Positions 37,390 through 53,504 are shown, counted from the stretch's first letter. The stretch: DNA of 64,000 nt from the human T2T-CHM13v2.0 reference genome, Homo sapiens (GCF_009914755.1 NC_060927.1), one strand, 5' to 3'. The notes: generated by a model not told the origin, from the letters alone. Translations and numbers: made by a program.

Positions 37390-38130
37390 TTTTAACTTTT
37401 TATTTTGAAATAATTTTATACTTATAGAAAGGTTGCCCAAATAGCACCGAATTCCCACATAACCTTCAATTAGGTTTTTCTAATGAAAACACCATACATA
37501 GCTATATTACAGTTATTAAAATCATAAAATTAACATTGGTTCAAACTATTAACTAAACTGTGGGTCTTACTCAAATTTCGTCAGTTACGCCACTAATGAC
37601 TTTTTTTGATTCCAGAATCCTATCCAGGATTCCACATTACCTTTAGTTGTCATGTGTCCTTAGCCTCCCCCAATCTGTGGGAATTCCTTCTCTTTCATGA
37701 CTGTAATATTTTTTAAGAGTGCTAGTCCGTTATTTTGTAGAATGTGTCTCAATTTTGAGTTTGTCTAACGTCTTCTCATGATGAAACTGAGCTTATATAT
37801 TTTTGGCAAGAATATCATATAAGTGATGTGCCCTCTTTGGTGTATCGTATTATATCAGATGTTAATATATCTTATTACTGTTGATGCTAACCTTCATCAC
37901 TTAGTGTCTATCAGCTGTCTCCTCCATAAAGTTACTATTTTTCTCTTTGTAATTATTAAACATCTCATGAATATACTTTTTAGACCTATACAAATATTCT
38001 ATTTCTCCTTAAATGTTCACCCTTACTTTTGCTATCCATTAATGAGTCTTGCCTGCAACAATTATTACGGTGGTGTTTGCCTCATGGTGATTTTCTATTT
38101 TCCTCATTCTTTATACATTTATTAATTGTA
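37390..38130 (-). mobile_element. L1MC-like 3' end
   Basis: 'ttttattttgaaataatttta', 'tccaggattccacattacctttagttgtcatg'. Confidence 0.8.
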
Positions 38131-40139
38131 ATTTAAAAGAATGGTTTTTAAACTGTATCAAATGTCAAGGTCTCCAAAAAATTATCAAAAAGTTAAATGC
38201 AAAAAGCCAACAATAAATGTAGTGGACAACAGTATTTCATATTCAGTCATAATGACCTTAACTCCCTGAATCCGATGTCTAGCAGTTCCTTTTGGAAGGA
38301 TCTGTGTTTGAGTAAGTCGCTAATGACATCTGTCAGCAGCTGTACTGTTTTGTTTTATATAATTGTAGCCTCATTTTTTATTGCAAGTAATGCATCACGA
38401 TGCATATTTAAGGTTTTCCAAATAAAGAGTCTTGAGCAATCTATTTTAAAGTAGCTAATACCACAGCACATTTGAGGCTAAGGGGTAAGCATTCCTCAGG
38501 AACCAAAACAACGAGGATAGCAAATATTCTGCCCCTGCAAATCTGATCTCATTCCTCAACCTGAAACCTTGCCACATAAGCATAAAATTATACCAGTAAG
38601 GAGATATCTCTCAGAATGGTGAATTCCAGAGCTCCAATTTTCAAGACTATTATTCCTATGACAGGATGAGGACCTGCAAACATGAATTATAAGCTTAAAT
38701 TATTCACTTACTCTTTCACAAAAGGAAAGCCCATCAATCTAATGCCAAAAGACTTCAAGTTTATTTCTAAAGGTTTAAAGAAAGTGGTTTATTTATCAAA
38801 ACTTTATCCTCTGTGTTTGTTGATTAAATACTTCAGTCTTACACTGAGGTCAAAGAATGTCAACCAATTACTATGTAAGAGAAGTCCTACTTCATAGCAC
38901 TTAACGTCACCCAGAATACACGGAATTATTTTAATAGGCAATCTTGATACACTATTTATTCCCAAGTATATTTCAACTATTATAAGTAAAACCTACTTAA
39001 TCTAATATCATTCTTCAAACTAAAATCACAGTAAACTAGCAACTAGCACAGTGCCTGGCACATAACAAATATTAATGAGTAAGTACTGACAACAATCCAT
39101 AATTTCTTCTAGACTACTTCCACTGCAGGCTACAAAAGTTGAAGTTTCCTTCTGCACATTCAAAAAACTACACATTTTAATTACTTCTTAAGAAAGATAT
39201 TAAAATGACTCAGAATCTAATCTAAGTGATGTGGAAATATATTCCTAAACTTTATCATCCGAAAACTACAATATTTTTGTAAAGGACATCAAGTCATTTT
39301 TAAAAGTGATTTATTTTCATAATGGATATTTGGGAGACAAAAATACACAAGAAAACAGGAAATCCCACTCATAATTCTGATCTTACAAATTACTGTCATG
39401 ATTAGTCCTGGAAACTAGTGCAAGATTATGGTTGCAGGATTTATGATGACTTCATTTTTGGGTGAAAATTTTAATTTATTCAAAACAAAACAAAACAAAA
39501 CAAAATACTCTTGGTCTAAAGCACGGCCATGAGCAAGATTTTATTTAAGAGTCTTAACTATTAAACGGGGTCACTGGGGAAGTTGTGGTAGTCATTTTCT
39601 GACAGTTGCTTAGAAAGCTTACAAGGTACCTAATTTGTATCTGCATATTCTCTGAAGATAAATATAAATATAATATAGAATACTGCTAGCCTATGCTTTA
39701 AAACATTGCTTATTACTGAAATGTCTATTGGAGTAGAGTGAGAAGAAAGAAATTGGTTATGCAATGCTTAGGAAAAACAGCTTCCTATTTTCTCAGATCC
39801 CAAATGACCAGAGGAAAAGTCTAACCAGCAGGGGGAGATACAGAGGAGAGTAGTAAGACAAAGAACAGGCTATAGGCAAGAAAAGCAGTTATAATTATAG
39901 CTGGGAACACGGAATTTGTTAAAGGAAGTCTACTGTATAATTATACTTGAAAATTTAGCAAGATGCCCAGAGGCTGACTCGCAGCTGTCAGGAACTGGTA
40001 ACTCTACTTCTGTTCATGCAGCGACCACTTCGGCAACTAAATCCACTATCCAGACATTACTAGAATTGACATTTAGAGTAAAGGAATAGATGGGTGCATG
40101 AAACTGTTTTTCTACAATGGATGAAAGCATCCATTTCAA

Positions 40140-41330
40140 CAAAGTAACACTCTCTCTTTAGTTTCCTTTCTAGGCTTAGGTTTCCTCTTTGTATCCTCTC
40201 CCTCACAGAACCTAAACATTCTCATAAAAGCTATAATCTAGGTACAAATCTCTTTCTTGAATTCTGACTAGACCATGAACCAATTCTACTACCAACTACA
40301 ACTCCAAATTCAGCATGCTTACAATGAAACTTATTTCCCACCACCCTCACCTTGTCACAAAGCTCTTTCCCCTTCCCCCCTACTTTTCTATTTCTCTAGT
40401 AGCACCAGCATTCTCTCAGGAAAACATGACAACTCATGTCTCTCTTTCCCCTTCCCGATCTCCTACTCTATACTGATTCAAAGCATCAAATCCTATTCGT
40501 TTCTCCTTAAAATTCTGTCATCTATCAATGAAAGATGTATCAATGTTCTAATCCCTAGTGTCACACAGAGAATGGGACCTTATTCAGAAATAGGGTCTTT
40601 ACAGAGGTAATCAAATTAAACTGAAGTGATGAGGATGGGCCCAAACCCAATATGACTGATGTCTTTATAAGAAGGGTAAATTTGGATGCAGACAGACACT
40701 CAGAGGGAAGATTAGGTGGAGACACACAGAAAGAAGATGGCCATGTGACTGAAGTAATATAATACATCCACAAGCCAAGGACTGCCAGCAAACAACAGTA
40801 GCTGGAAAAATCAGAAAGGATTCTCCCCTAGAACCTTTAGCCTACACTTTGATTTCTGGACTTCTAGTCTCTAGAACTGAAACAATAAATTTCTTTTGTT
40901 TTTAGCCACTCAGTTTTTGGTTCTTTGTTATGGCATCCCTAAAAAACTAAACAGCACCATAAACTGAATTTGGACTCAATTTTCTACCATCATCAAGCCC
41001 GCTACTTATCTCTGAATAGCATCCCATCCACCGATTTTGTCATGGCAGATTCCTATGCATCATTCTTGCTCCTCTTTCAATTACTGAGGCCTGCTCCCTA
41101 AATACTATATATCTCTTTAATCTGTCGATCTTTCCATTTTTACATCAATAATCTGGTTCAGGCAATCACCATCATGCCCCTGGACTAATGTTCACGAAAT
41201 AATCCCCATGTCCTTGCTTCTCTCTTGTTCATTCACCCTTAGCAAGCGGACTGTTTCTAAAATGCTAATCTGACCACACTTTCAGTGGATTACAGTTGGT
41301 AGTATCCATGGTCTCTCAGGATAAAGTCTG
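40140..41330 (+). mobile_element. L2 fragments interrupted by an MLT1 LTR
   Basis: Pyrimidine-rich L2 motifs 'actccaaattcagcatg' and 'ttctaaaatgctaatctgacca'. Confidence 0.55.
40530..40933 (+). mobile_element. MLT1B/C-like MaLR LTR
   Basis: 'gaccttattcagaaatagggtctttacagaggtaatcaa' ... 'aataaatttc...ttgttatggcatccctaaaaaactaa'. Confidence 0.87.
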
Positions 41331-41331
41331 A

Positions 41332-41555
41332 TTTTTTTTTAAATTTTAGATTCATGGGTAAATGTGCAGGTTTGGGCTTCTAGTGCACCCATCACCCAAA
41401 TAGTGAACACTGTATCCAACAGGTAATTTCTCAACCCTCCCCTGTTCCAACCCCTCCCACTTTTTGAGTCCCCAGTGTCCCTTATTTCCATCTTTATGTC
41501 CATGCATACATACCCACTGCTTAGCTCCCAATTTTAAGTAGAACATGCAGCATTT
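41332..41555 (-). mobile_element. Short L1PB/old L1PA 3' end
   Basis: 'atgtgcaggttt', 'cccatcacccaaatagtgaaca', 'tagctccca'. Confidence 0.8.
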
Positions 41556-41729
41556 TGTCCAAATTGTTTATAATGGGTGAAAAAACTTTACATGTTCTGG
41601 ACTCCAAAACTAAAGAGAAAAAAAGAGACCATCACTCACTGCTCCCACGTCAAATAAACAGGCAAATATTTTCAGGTTCTGAAACACACCAATGCTTTTC
41701 ACATCTGCTTGTAACTCTCTTCCCCTTAT

Positions 41730-42450
41730 TTAATCATTCATTCATTTAACACATAAACACAGTGAGTATCCATCATGTGCCAAGTATAGTTCCAGAAGCT
41801 AGATAAACCACAGAAAACAAAGCAAAGTTCCTACCCTCATGAAGCTTACAAGCTTACATTCTAAAGACAGTGGTTAAACAGCTGATAAACAAACAAAAAT
41901 AAATATACACAAACTCAGAAATTATTAAGTGCTTCAGAGAAAAGTAAAGCAAGCTACAGGGAATAAGGGAAGTTGGCGTAGGGAAAGGAGCAAGGTTATG
42001 ATTTTATATAAGGTGCTCAGAGAACACCTCCCTGACAAGGTGACACTTAAGACTTAAAGATAGTGGGGGAAAAATTTCTGTGGATAACTGAGGGAAGGGT
42101 TTTCCAGACAAAGGGAAGAGCAAGTGCAAAGACCCTGATGTGGAGCAGACTTGCAGTACTGAAAGACTGTCACTGAGCCACTGTGACTGCAGTAGGGGGA
42201 AGGAGCAGAATTAGTGCAGATGAGGTTTTAGGGGAGTCGAATGATATACTGTCTTAAGCCCATCGTAAACTTTTAAAAAATAATGAGCAAAATAAGGACA
42301 ACAGTTGAACTTCTTAGTAGCCTGATCTGATAATCATTACAAAAGAATGACTTTGATCCTAGGTAAAGAACAAATCTGTGGAGTAAGGAAGCTAGTCCAA
42401 AGGGAGATAGCTAAGAGGATTCTGCAAAGTCCAGGTGACAATGGTGTCTT
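41730..42450 (-). mobile_element. L2 3' end
   Basis: (cattcatt) tail, 'atgtgccaag', 'cctaccctcatgaagcttaca'. Confidence 0.8.
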
Positions 42451-42463
42451 GAAATGGAGTAGA

Positions 42464-44040
42464 ATATACAGATTCAATGCTATTTCTATCACACTACCAA
42501 CAACATTCTTCACAGAAATAGAAGAAAATATTTTAAAATTCGTATGAAACTAAAAAAGACACCGAATAGCCAAGGCAATCCTAGGCAAAAAGAACAATGC
42601 TGGAAGCATCTCATTACCCAACATCAAACTATACAAGGCAACAGTAACCAAAACAGCATGGTACGGGTACAAAAACAGGCACGCAGACCAATGGAACAGA
42701 ATAGAGAGCCAAGAAATAGGGCCGCACATCTATGACCATCTGATCTTCAAAACAGCAGATAAAAACAAGCAATGGGTAAAAGACTCTCTATTCAATAAAT
42801 GGTGCTGGGATGACTAGCCATATATAGATGATTGAAACTGGACCCCTTCCTTACTCCATACACAAAAATCAACTCAAGGTGGATTAAAGACTTAAAATGT
42901 AAAACCCCAAACTATAAAAATCTTAAAAGACAACCTAGGCAGTACCATTCAGGACATAGGCACAGGCAAAGATTTCATGACAAAGACACCAAAAGCAACT
43001 GTAACAAAAGCAAAAATTGACAAGTGGGATCTTATTAAACTTAAAAGCTTCTGCACAGCAAAAGAAACTATTAACAGAGTAAATAGACAACGTACAGAAT
43101 GGAAGAAAATTTTTGCAAACTATGCATCTGACAAAGGTCTACCATCCAGCATCTATAAGGAACTTAAACAAATTTACAAGAGAGAAACAAACAACACCAC
43201 TGAAAAGTCGCCAAAAAACACAAACAGACACTTCTCAAAAGAAGACATACATGCGGCCAACAAGCGTATGAAAAAAGCTCAGTATCACTGATCATTAGAG
43301 AAATGCAGATCAAAACCACAATGAGACACCACCTCACACCAGTCAAATGGCTAGTATTAGAAAGTCGAAACATAACAAATGCTGGCAAGTTTCCAGAGAA
43401 AATGGAACACTTATACACTGTTGGTGGGAATGTACATTAGTTCAACCATCATGGAAAGCAATATCGTGATTCCTCACAGAGGTAAAAGCAGAACTACCAT
43501 TCAATCCAGCAATCCCATTACTGGGTATATACCCAGAGGAATATAAATCATTCTACCACAAAGACACAGACACATGAATGTTCACTGCAGCACTATTCAC
43601 AATAGGAAACACATGGAATCAACCTAAATGCCCATCAGTGACAGATTGGATAAAGAAAATATGGTACATATACACAATGGAATACTATGCAGCCATAAAA
43701 AAAGAATGAGATCATGTCTTTTGTGGGACCATGGATGGAGGTGGAGGCTATTATCCTTAGCAAATTAACGCACAACAGAAAACCAAATACCCCATGTTCT
43801 TATAAGTGGGGCTAAATGATAACTTATGAACACAAAGAAGGAAATAACACACACTGGCGTCTACTTGAGGGTGGAGGCTGAGATGAGGGAGACGAGCAGA
43901 AAAGGTAATTATTGGGTACTGGGCTTAATACCTGGGTGATGAAAAAATATGTACAACAAACAACTGTGACACATGTTTACCTATGTAACAAATCTGCATG
44001 TACCTCCAAACCTAAAATAAAAGTTAAAAAATAAAAATAA
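42464..44040 (+). mobile_element. 5'-truncated older L1PA (PA15/16-like)
   Basis: ORF2 fragments ([14 protein letters not shown]) and 3' UTR 'attgggtactgggcttaatacctgggtgat'. Confidence 0.9.
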
Positions 44041-44052
44041 TGCACTCAAAAT

Positions 44053-44862
44053 TAGAAGATATTTATGCGGCGAACAAACATATGAAAAAGTGCTCATTAT
44101 CACTGGTCATTAGAGAAATGCAAATCAAAACCACAATGAGATACCATCTCATGCCAGTTAGAATGGTGATCATTAAAAAGTCAGGAAACAACAGATGCTG
44201 GAGAGGATGTGGAGAAATAGGAACGCTTTTACACTGTTGGTGGGAGTGTAAATTAGTTCAACCATTGTGGAAGACAGTGTGGCGATCCCTCAAGAATCTA
44301 CAATTAGAAGTACCATTTGACCCAGCAATCCCATTACTGGATATATACCCAAAGGATTATAAATCATTCTACTATAAAGACACATGCACACGTATGTTTA
44401 CTGCGGCACTATTCACAATAGCAAAGACTTGGAACCAACCCAAATGTCCATCAATGATAGACTGAATAAAGAAAATGTGGCCCATATACACCATGGAATA
44501 CTATGCAGCCATAAAAAAGGATGAGTTCATGTCCTTTGCAGGGACATGGATGAAGCTGGAAACCACCATTCTCAGCAAACTAACACATGAACAGAAAACC
44601 AAATACCACATGTTCTCACTCATAAGTGGGAGTTAAACAATGAAAACACATGGACACAGGGAGGGAACATCACACACCGGGGCCTCTTGCGGGGTGGGGG
44701 GCTGGGGAAGGGATAGCATTAGGAGAAATACCTCATGTAGGTGACGGGTTGATGGGTGCAGCAAACCACGATGGCACATGTATACCTATGTAACAAACCT
44801 GCACATCCTGCACATGTACCCCAGAACTTAAAGTATAAAAATAAAATAAAATAAAAATAAAA
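44053..44862 (+). mobile_element. 5'-truncated L1PA (PA7/8-like) in the tail of the previous L1
   Basis: ORF 44040-44465 matches the ORF2 Cys-rich end ([19 protein letters not shown]); 3' UTR and (AAAAT)n tail. Confidence 0.93.
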
Positions 44863-46051
44863 CTGGTATGTCAAAGAGAAAAAAGATGAAAAAGAAATAA
44901 AAGAAATGGGGTAGAGGTGGTCAGAAATGGCTGGATTCTAATAAGATGACCAAAAAATGCACATGTACATGGACAGGCCTCTGCCTAAATAAGACACCTT
45001 TTTATTACTTTAATAAATTTCAACAATAATATAACAAAGTAATAATTTCAAATGGGTAAAGATTTTTATTTCTCTTCTACTCATAAGAAAAAATTCATCA
45101 GACAGAAGAGAAACCAGAAGCCAAATTGATTTCTTAAAGACAAAAAAAAAGTCATACTTTTGAATTTGGTACGATTCTCCCAAGGCAGGGCTTTCACATA
45201 GTGGCTCTGTATTGATGAAAGTATTCCCCTTCCTACACCTGGTTTAAAGTTGCTGCAGGAATTTTATTCTTTTTCTGAGGGATCATCTTTAATATATTCT
45301 ACCTAGTGATGTAATTCTAAAATCTTAGCTGGTAACTCAATGTGTAAAGTGGTGAATGTACTAAAACAGTGACTTTGGGTACAGTAGCTCTGATTATCAC
45401 ATCCCTTTTCAACTTCATTTATACAAGGCAATCCCTTTTGACTGAAGGAACATTCAGATTTTATACTGCATTGACATGTAAGAATTTCATTTTATTAATC
45501 TGGAGTACTCCCAGTGCTATCAGGTCAATTTAATCACTCACTAGCAATTAAAAATATGGCAACAATACTATTATTGGGATAGCTGCATATCATTTTCCTG
45601 GAAAAGAAAAATCAAGATTTTTTTTCCTTCCTTAAAACTTAGCTAAAGTTGTTATTCAATTGTTTTTCTTAAAAGTGAGTTCTCTCATTTATTTGAATCA
45701 AAAAAATTCTTAAATATCATTTAAGTCTCATATCTATAAAATACATAACGTTTTCATTTAAAAATTGAACACTCAAAAAATTAACACATTTCCAGCTTTA
45801 TGGAAAAATAAGAAAAATCAGTTTCCAAGAAGAGAAAACAGAATGTTTATAATGTAAGAAAACAGCTTTAGGATCAATAAGCATCCCAGAATATAATCAT
45901 TCTTCCGATGTATCTAACATAAGTTACATCATCAGACCTATATTAATGTAGGTCCTCACAGTAATATTTGATTTTTCAGAATTGTTAAGAGACTGTTTCA
46001 GCATCTTCAAAATGTTCCATACTTTGTCCATTAATTTACTCCTTGTCCATA

Positions 46052-46258
<207 letters not shown>

Positions 46259-47359
46259 TTTTTTTTTACATTTCCTCCCCCACTCCAGGAGAAACCACTG
46301 GGTTACAGTATTCATGTCAATATCATATATCCATTGTTAGGTGAGGAGAAGGTCAGGAGTTCTGTTCTAGAACTTAAAACCCAAGCCAGTGAATATGCAT
46401 AAGAGTGAAAACTCTCACAAAAACCAGAGGTTCAAGGTCCCCTGATTCTGCCTGAAAACCCCAAAATGAGAACGAAATAATGCAGAGGACATCGGATCTT
46501 CCAGAGCTTCTGACCACATAAGGAAAAGATTTCCTAGGTTGAAAGGGTGTCAGCATAGAAGAAACTCATCTTTTTAAAACAAGATGACCTAGGACTAAAG
46601 ACTTGATTTTAAACCATTAAAAAAGCCAACTCATATTCCTATTTGGTGGAAATATATTCAAGGGTTACAGACAAATTTGTAAGTCTCTCAAGATTAAGGA
46701 AAAATAAATTTAAGAACAGCCTTTATAGACCTGATCTAGTCCTAAGTAGAGGACTTTCTACTCTCATTTGCCATCTTATCATAAGTTTCTAGTAGAATAA
46801 TCTTTCTTCCTTTCTCTACCCTACTATATAAAATATAAAGCATTTTTAAAAATCAATACTACATTATATTTATCATATGAAAATAAATTATTTATAAAGG
46901 AAGGCTCAAAACTACATCGAAAACTTCAAGTCTGAAATGAAGAAATATTTAAAAGTATAAAATGCTTCCTTAAACTGTTGTTCAGGTATTTATTATACAT
47001 GTTTCCTTAAACCGGTAAATTTCCTCTACGTTGGGAGAAAAAGTATTCTAAATAAGGACAAAATGCATATAACTTAAAATGATAATAAATATAACACAAC
47101 AAATTCTTGGACTCTAGCACTATATCTTGTTATCATTATAGATGGAAAAATAGGTAGAGTCTGTCAACAATCAAGTCCAGAAAAAAGTAGTTTAATTAGA
47201 ATGACAAATACCTTCAGGTTTTAAAACATAACTCACTGTGTGACATTTAAAATCTACAAAGAATATTTCTGCAGCACCCTGATTATTCTGTAACAGAATT
47301 AGACTTTTTAAATCAAATGAAAGCCAGAAGAATTAAAGACTACCTGAACTAGGAAGTTT

Positions 47360-47880
47360 GTTAGAATTACCATATGACCCAACAATTCAACAAGTAAATG
47401 TGCATACATGTTCACTGCAGCACTATTCACAATAGCCAAAAGATAGAAACAGCCCAACTGTCCATCAAGGGATGAATGGATAAACTGTGATATATACAAC
47501 GACATATTGTTCAGCCATAAGAAGAAATGAGGTACTGACAAATGCTAAGATACGGACAAACCTTAAAAACACTGCTAAGTGAACGAAGATAGACACAAAA
47601 GTCACTATTATTCCACTTACATGAAATATCTATATTCTATTATTCCACTTACATGAAACATCCAGAATAGGTAAATCTACATAGTCAGAACACAGACTTG
47701 GAGGAGTATGGGGACAGGTGAAAAATGATTAATGGATACAGACTTCCTTTTGAGGTGATGAAAATGTTTTAGAACTAGATAGAGGTGGTAGATTGCACAA
47801 TTTTAAACACTTGATTTTATGTTATATGAATTTTATGTTATGTGAATTTTATGTTACCTTAAAAAATAAAATAAATAATA
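47360..47880 (+). mobile_element. L1MB-like 3' fragment
   Basis: 'ttaccatatgacccaacaatt', 'gatgaaaatgttttagaactagatagagg'. Confidence 0.8.
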
Positions 47881-47884
47881 ATGC

Positions 47885-48360
47885 TGCCACATCACCAGTA
47901 ATAAGACATCATTTACCACTGGTATGATACACTGAGTGTATCAGAGGACATCATCTCTACAGTATCCTTCTCAATAATGTATAACCTCAGTCTGATCATG
48001 AGAAAATACCAGACAAGGCCAAATTGAGGGATATTCTAAAATATAGCTGACCAGTGAGTACTATCCAAAAGTCTGAAGGTCATGAAAGACAAGGAATGAC
48101 TAAAGAACTATCACACACTAGGGTAGACTAAGGAGACGTAACAACTAAATGTAATGTAGATTTCTAGATTAGATCCTGAAACAGGAAATGGTGGAAAAAC
48201 TGGTGAAATATGAACAAAATCTGTAATTTCATTAATAGTACTATACTAACGTTAACTTCTTAGTTTTGAAAATTAAACTATGGTTACATAAGATGTTAAC
48301 ATTAAGGGGAGCTGGGAGAAGGGTACTATTTCTGCAACTCTTAAATTATTTCAAAAGAAA
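47885..48360 (+). mobile_element. L1MC-like 3' fragment
   Basis: 'atcatgagaaaataccagacaaggccaaattgagggatattcta'. Confidence 0.75.
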
Positions 48361-49004
48361 AAGGAAAGTAAGAAGGAAAGAAGGGAAGGAAGGATGGGAG
48401 AATGAGGCCTAGCAACCAACCTTAACTTCCTCCATGAACATATATATTAAGAAAATGCTGACATAAATTAAGTGAATAAGGATTAGAGGGGTTATTCTAA
48501 TGGCAAGAAATAATTCACAAAATTTGCATCTACTTAGGAGATATGCATTCTTTTTGGGGTGAGAGAGTAGATTCCTCAGTCAAGTCAGCTTAATTAAATT
48601 TTAAAAATCAGGTTATGCAGAATTTAAACTAGTATTGACATTTTCGACAGCAGACTTCAAAATTAAAACAAGCAAAGTCAAAGGGAAAAAATCAAAACAA
48701 AACACTTATAATTCCTATAGGTTCCTACTATATTTTAAATTTACTATTAAAATGAGAAAAGTATATTCATTTTAGCAATATCACTAGAATTACACTGACA
48801 AATTTGTTTGATAATTTAATCAGATTTAGTTTTACTTTAAATCTGTAACCTTCTTCTTAGACACATAATGAAATGATTGAAAAAAAATTTTGATATGTAA
48901 TTAACAAATCAGTTTGTGTCTGGACATAAAGTTCTTAGTTGCCATGCCATTATGTAGGAGGTAACTAACAAAAACAATTATCTTGAAACTGTATACACCA
49001 ATCA

Positions 49005-50034
<1,030 letters not shown>

Positions 50035-50167
50035 AAAAATGAAACCCACCAATATAAATTCTATAAACTTCCACTTTCATTAACCATATTCACATCGTGG
50101 CATCCAAATACTATATATAACCATAATCCTAATAATGAGAAAACAATCATCTTCATTAAACCTGCAA

Positions 50168-50345
50168 TAGGTTGAGGATCCCTAATCCGAAAATCTGAAA
50201 TACTACAAAATCTGAAACTTTTTGAACGCTGACGTGATGCTCAAAAGAAATGCTCATTGGAACAAATATTCCAAAATCAGAAAAAAAATCCGAATTCCAA
50301 AATACTTCTCATCCCAAGCATTTTGGATAAGAAATACTCAACTTG
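50168..50345. mobile_element. Tigger4a/MER46-like MITE
   Basis: TIR-like 'aggttgaggatccct' ... 'gaaatactcaacttg'. Confidence 0.8.
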
Positions 50346-50366
50346 CACTAAAAAGAGACATTTAAA

Positions 50367-50401
50367 TACACTTGATCTTAGCCAAAAGGCCAAGAAGTGA
50401 T
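50367..50401 (-). pseudogene. Tailless U2 snRNA retropseudogene (first 35 nt of U2)
   Basis: Minus strand ATCACTTCTTGGCCTTTTGGCTAAGATCAAGTGTA versus U2 ATCGCTTCTCGGCC...; TSD a(g/c)agacatttaaata. Confidence 0.93.
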
Positions 50402-50431
50402 ACAGACATTTAAATAAAGAACCACATATTC

Positions 50432-50565
50432 TCACTCTCAGAAGGAACCAACCCTGCTGACACTTTGATTTCATACTTTCAGCCCCCAGAAAAGAAAATA
50501 CATTTCTGTTTTTAAGCCATACAGTCTGTAGTACTTTGTTACCGCAACCTTAGGACACTAATACA
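50432..50565 (+). mobile_element. MLT1 LTR 3' end
   Basis: 'gaaggaaccaaccctgctgacactttgattt' ... 'actaataca'. Confidence 0.83.
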
Positions 50566-51772
50566 GCTATTATGCAGCAAATGAAGCAGTGTACTCCTGT
50601 ATTCACTCAGTAGCCTTTGCCTAGAACATCTTTCAGATTAAAGGAGCAATTTTCTCAACTCCTATAGACCAGCATACTTTATTGAAACTAGCGATCACAA
50701 TCACTCTCTCAAAGAAGCTGCCCTGAATCCAGTCTCTGAGCCATGGCTGCTAGTTGTATACCACACCAGCAACAATAAATCGGACATTGGGTTGGCACCA
50801 GGCTCAGGGTCATCAGTAAACCAGAACCTTCAGAACCTGGTTCTTTTGAAAGGAAGGGCTGCTCAAATTTTCTGTGCCTCTCAAACAATTTGAATCATCT
50901 ATGGAGAAACCTCCCTTCTGCCTTAGTTGCTGAGGTAGGAAAGTTAACAATGCAAGCCAAAATGATATGGAAACAGAAACTCCTGCTGGTAGCCAGACAG
51001 AAAAGACGGCATACAGAGTAACAGTAAGTTTATTTGATATGTTCCCTGAAAACCAAAATTACTTCCTATAATCTTAAAACCAGGCCCTGTTCTCAGATTC
51101 CCATGAAAGCCCCTACTTCCTATTCCTGCTACACACACATCTTTTAAACATGAACTAACTTCAGACACTCCTCTCACACACAATCCAAAGTAAAACAGAA
51201 ATAGAGATGACCCAAACCCAGATCCTACTCTTCAGGAGTTCATTCCAGTGTATGTCAAATACTACTTTTTTTAATATGAGCTGAACTGTGTGCTGAATGC
51301 ATTTCATACACTTTCATATGTTTTTTCGCTAGAAAATGATGAACTAGATATTTTATTTATCATCAAACATACAGATGAATATATATATATAAAATGCGCA
51401 TTCGAATGGAATAGTTCAAGCACCTAGGCCCACACTGCTGATGGAATGAGGTACAGATTTGTCAAGGAGCGACAGGATGGCTGGCTCTCCAAAGGTGTCA
51501 TGGGAAAGTCATTATCCTATGAATTTAATAGGTTCCAGGTCTAGCCTTCAGCCACACTGACTAAAAACTGGAGATTGATAGAAACTTGCCCAAGGACACA
51601 CAAGTAGCAAGTAAAAAAGGCCCGAATTTGAACCTTGTCTGCTGAAGTCTATCTTTTAATCACTATTCCACCACCAAAAAAAACAAAACAAACAAACAAA
51701 AAACCTGGAGCATCCACCTGCAACTCCCTGCGTATATCTCTATATACAGAGAGGTAGAAACCAGAATATTAA

Positions 51773-52181
<409 letters not shown>

Positions 52182-52447
52182 GGACAAATTCTTTCTTTAG
52201 CTGCATCAATATAGTCAATCAGGAAAGTGGCCAAGGCTTCCAAGTCCATTAGTCATTCTGCCTCTTTAGAGACTTTACATCTCTGTATCTACTTTCCTTC
52301 CTGTAGATTTTAAACTCTCAACACCTATCTTATTTCCCTTATGACCAACTACTTGAGTAAAGCCTTTCTGCAACTCCAATTTATTAACAACATATTCAGT
52401 AAATTTCACTACTGAAAATTCAGCTATTTTATGCAAAAACATAAATA

Positions 52448-52779
52448 CAGTCATGTGCTGTATAATGACATTTCAGTCAATGTCAGATCACGTATAGGAT
52501 GGTGGTCCCTTAAGATTATAATACTGTAATTTTACTGTTCCTTTTCTATGTTTAGATAAACAGATACCATTGTGTTACAACTGCCTACAGTATTCAGTAG
52601 AGTAACATGCTGTACAGGTTTGTAGCCAAGAGCAATGGACTACATCATATAACCTAGGTATGTGGCAGTCTGTACATCATCTAGTTTTGTATAAGTACAT
52701 TCTATGATGTTCACACAAAGATGAAATCACCTAACAACACATATCTCAAAACCTGTTCCCATCAAGTGGAGCATGATTG
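52448..52779. mobile_element. Tigger3a (MER7/Golem) MITE
   Basis: 'tacagtcatgtgctgtataatgacatttcagtcaa' ... 'gcatgattg'. Confidence 0.85.
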
Positions 52780-53201
52780 GATACTTAAATATCCATTAAC
52801 TCCATTCATTCAATTAGCTATTTGATTTCCTGCTATATATACTACTATTACTGTCCACATGCTAAAAGTATAAAGATTATAGCATCACTCTGTCCTCAAG
52901 TTGTTCAAAAATCCAGTAGAAGGGAGTTAGAACTTCAGAAGAAATTACAGTTGCTCTTAGTTAACAGCTCAGCAGTCCGAAACAGGAAAAATCTCATGAG
53001 ATGAAGCTTCAGGATTAATAGGGGAAGGGAAGGGTATTAAAAGCATAGTAAAAATATATGTCAATGCAGAAAAGTAAAGAGAAGAAAAAACAGAAGACTC
53101 CCAGCCAAGGAAAAGGCAATCTGTTCAGAATTATTAAATCACGTGGCAAGAAAGTAAGACCAGTAGGGTGTTTACAACCTTTTATCTACTCTGATATCTG
53201 A

Positions 53202-53504
<303 letters not shown>

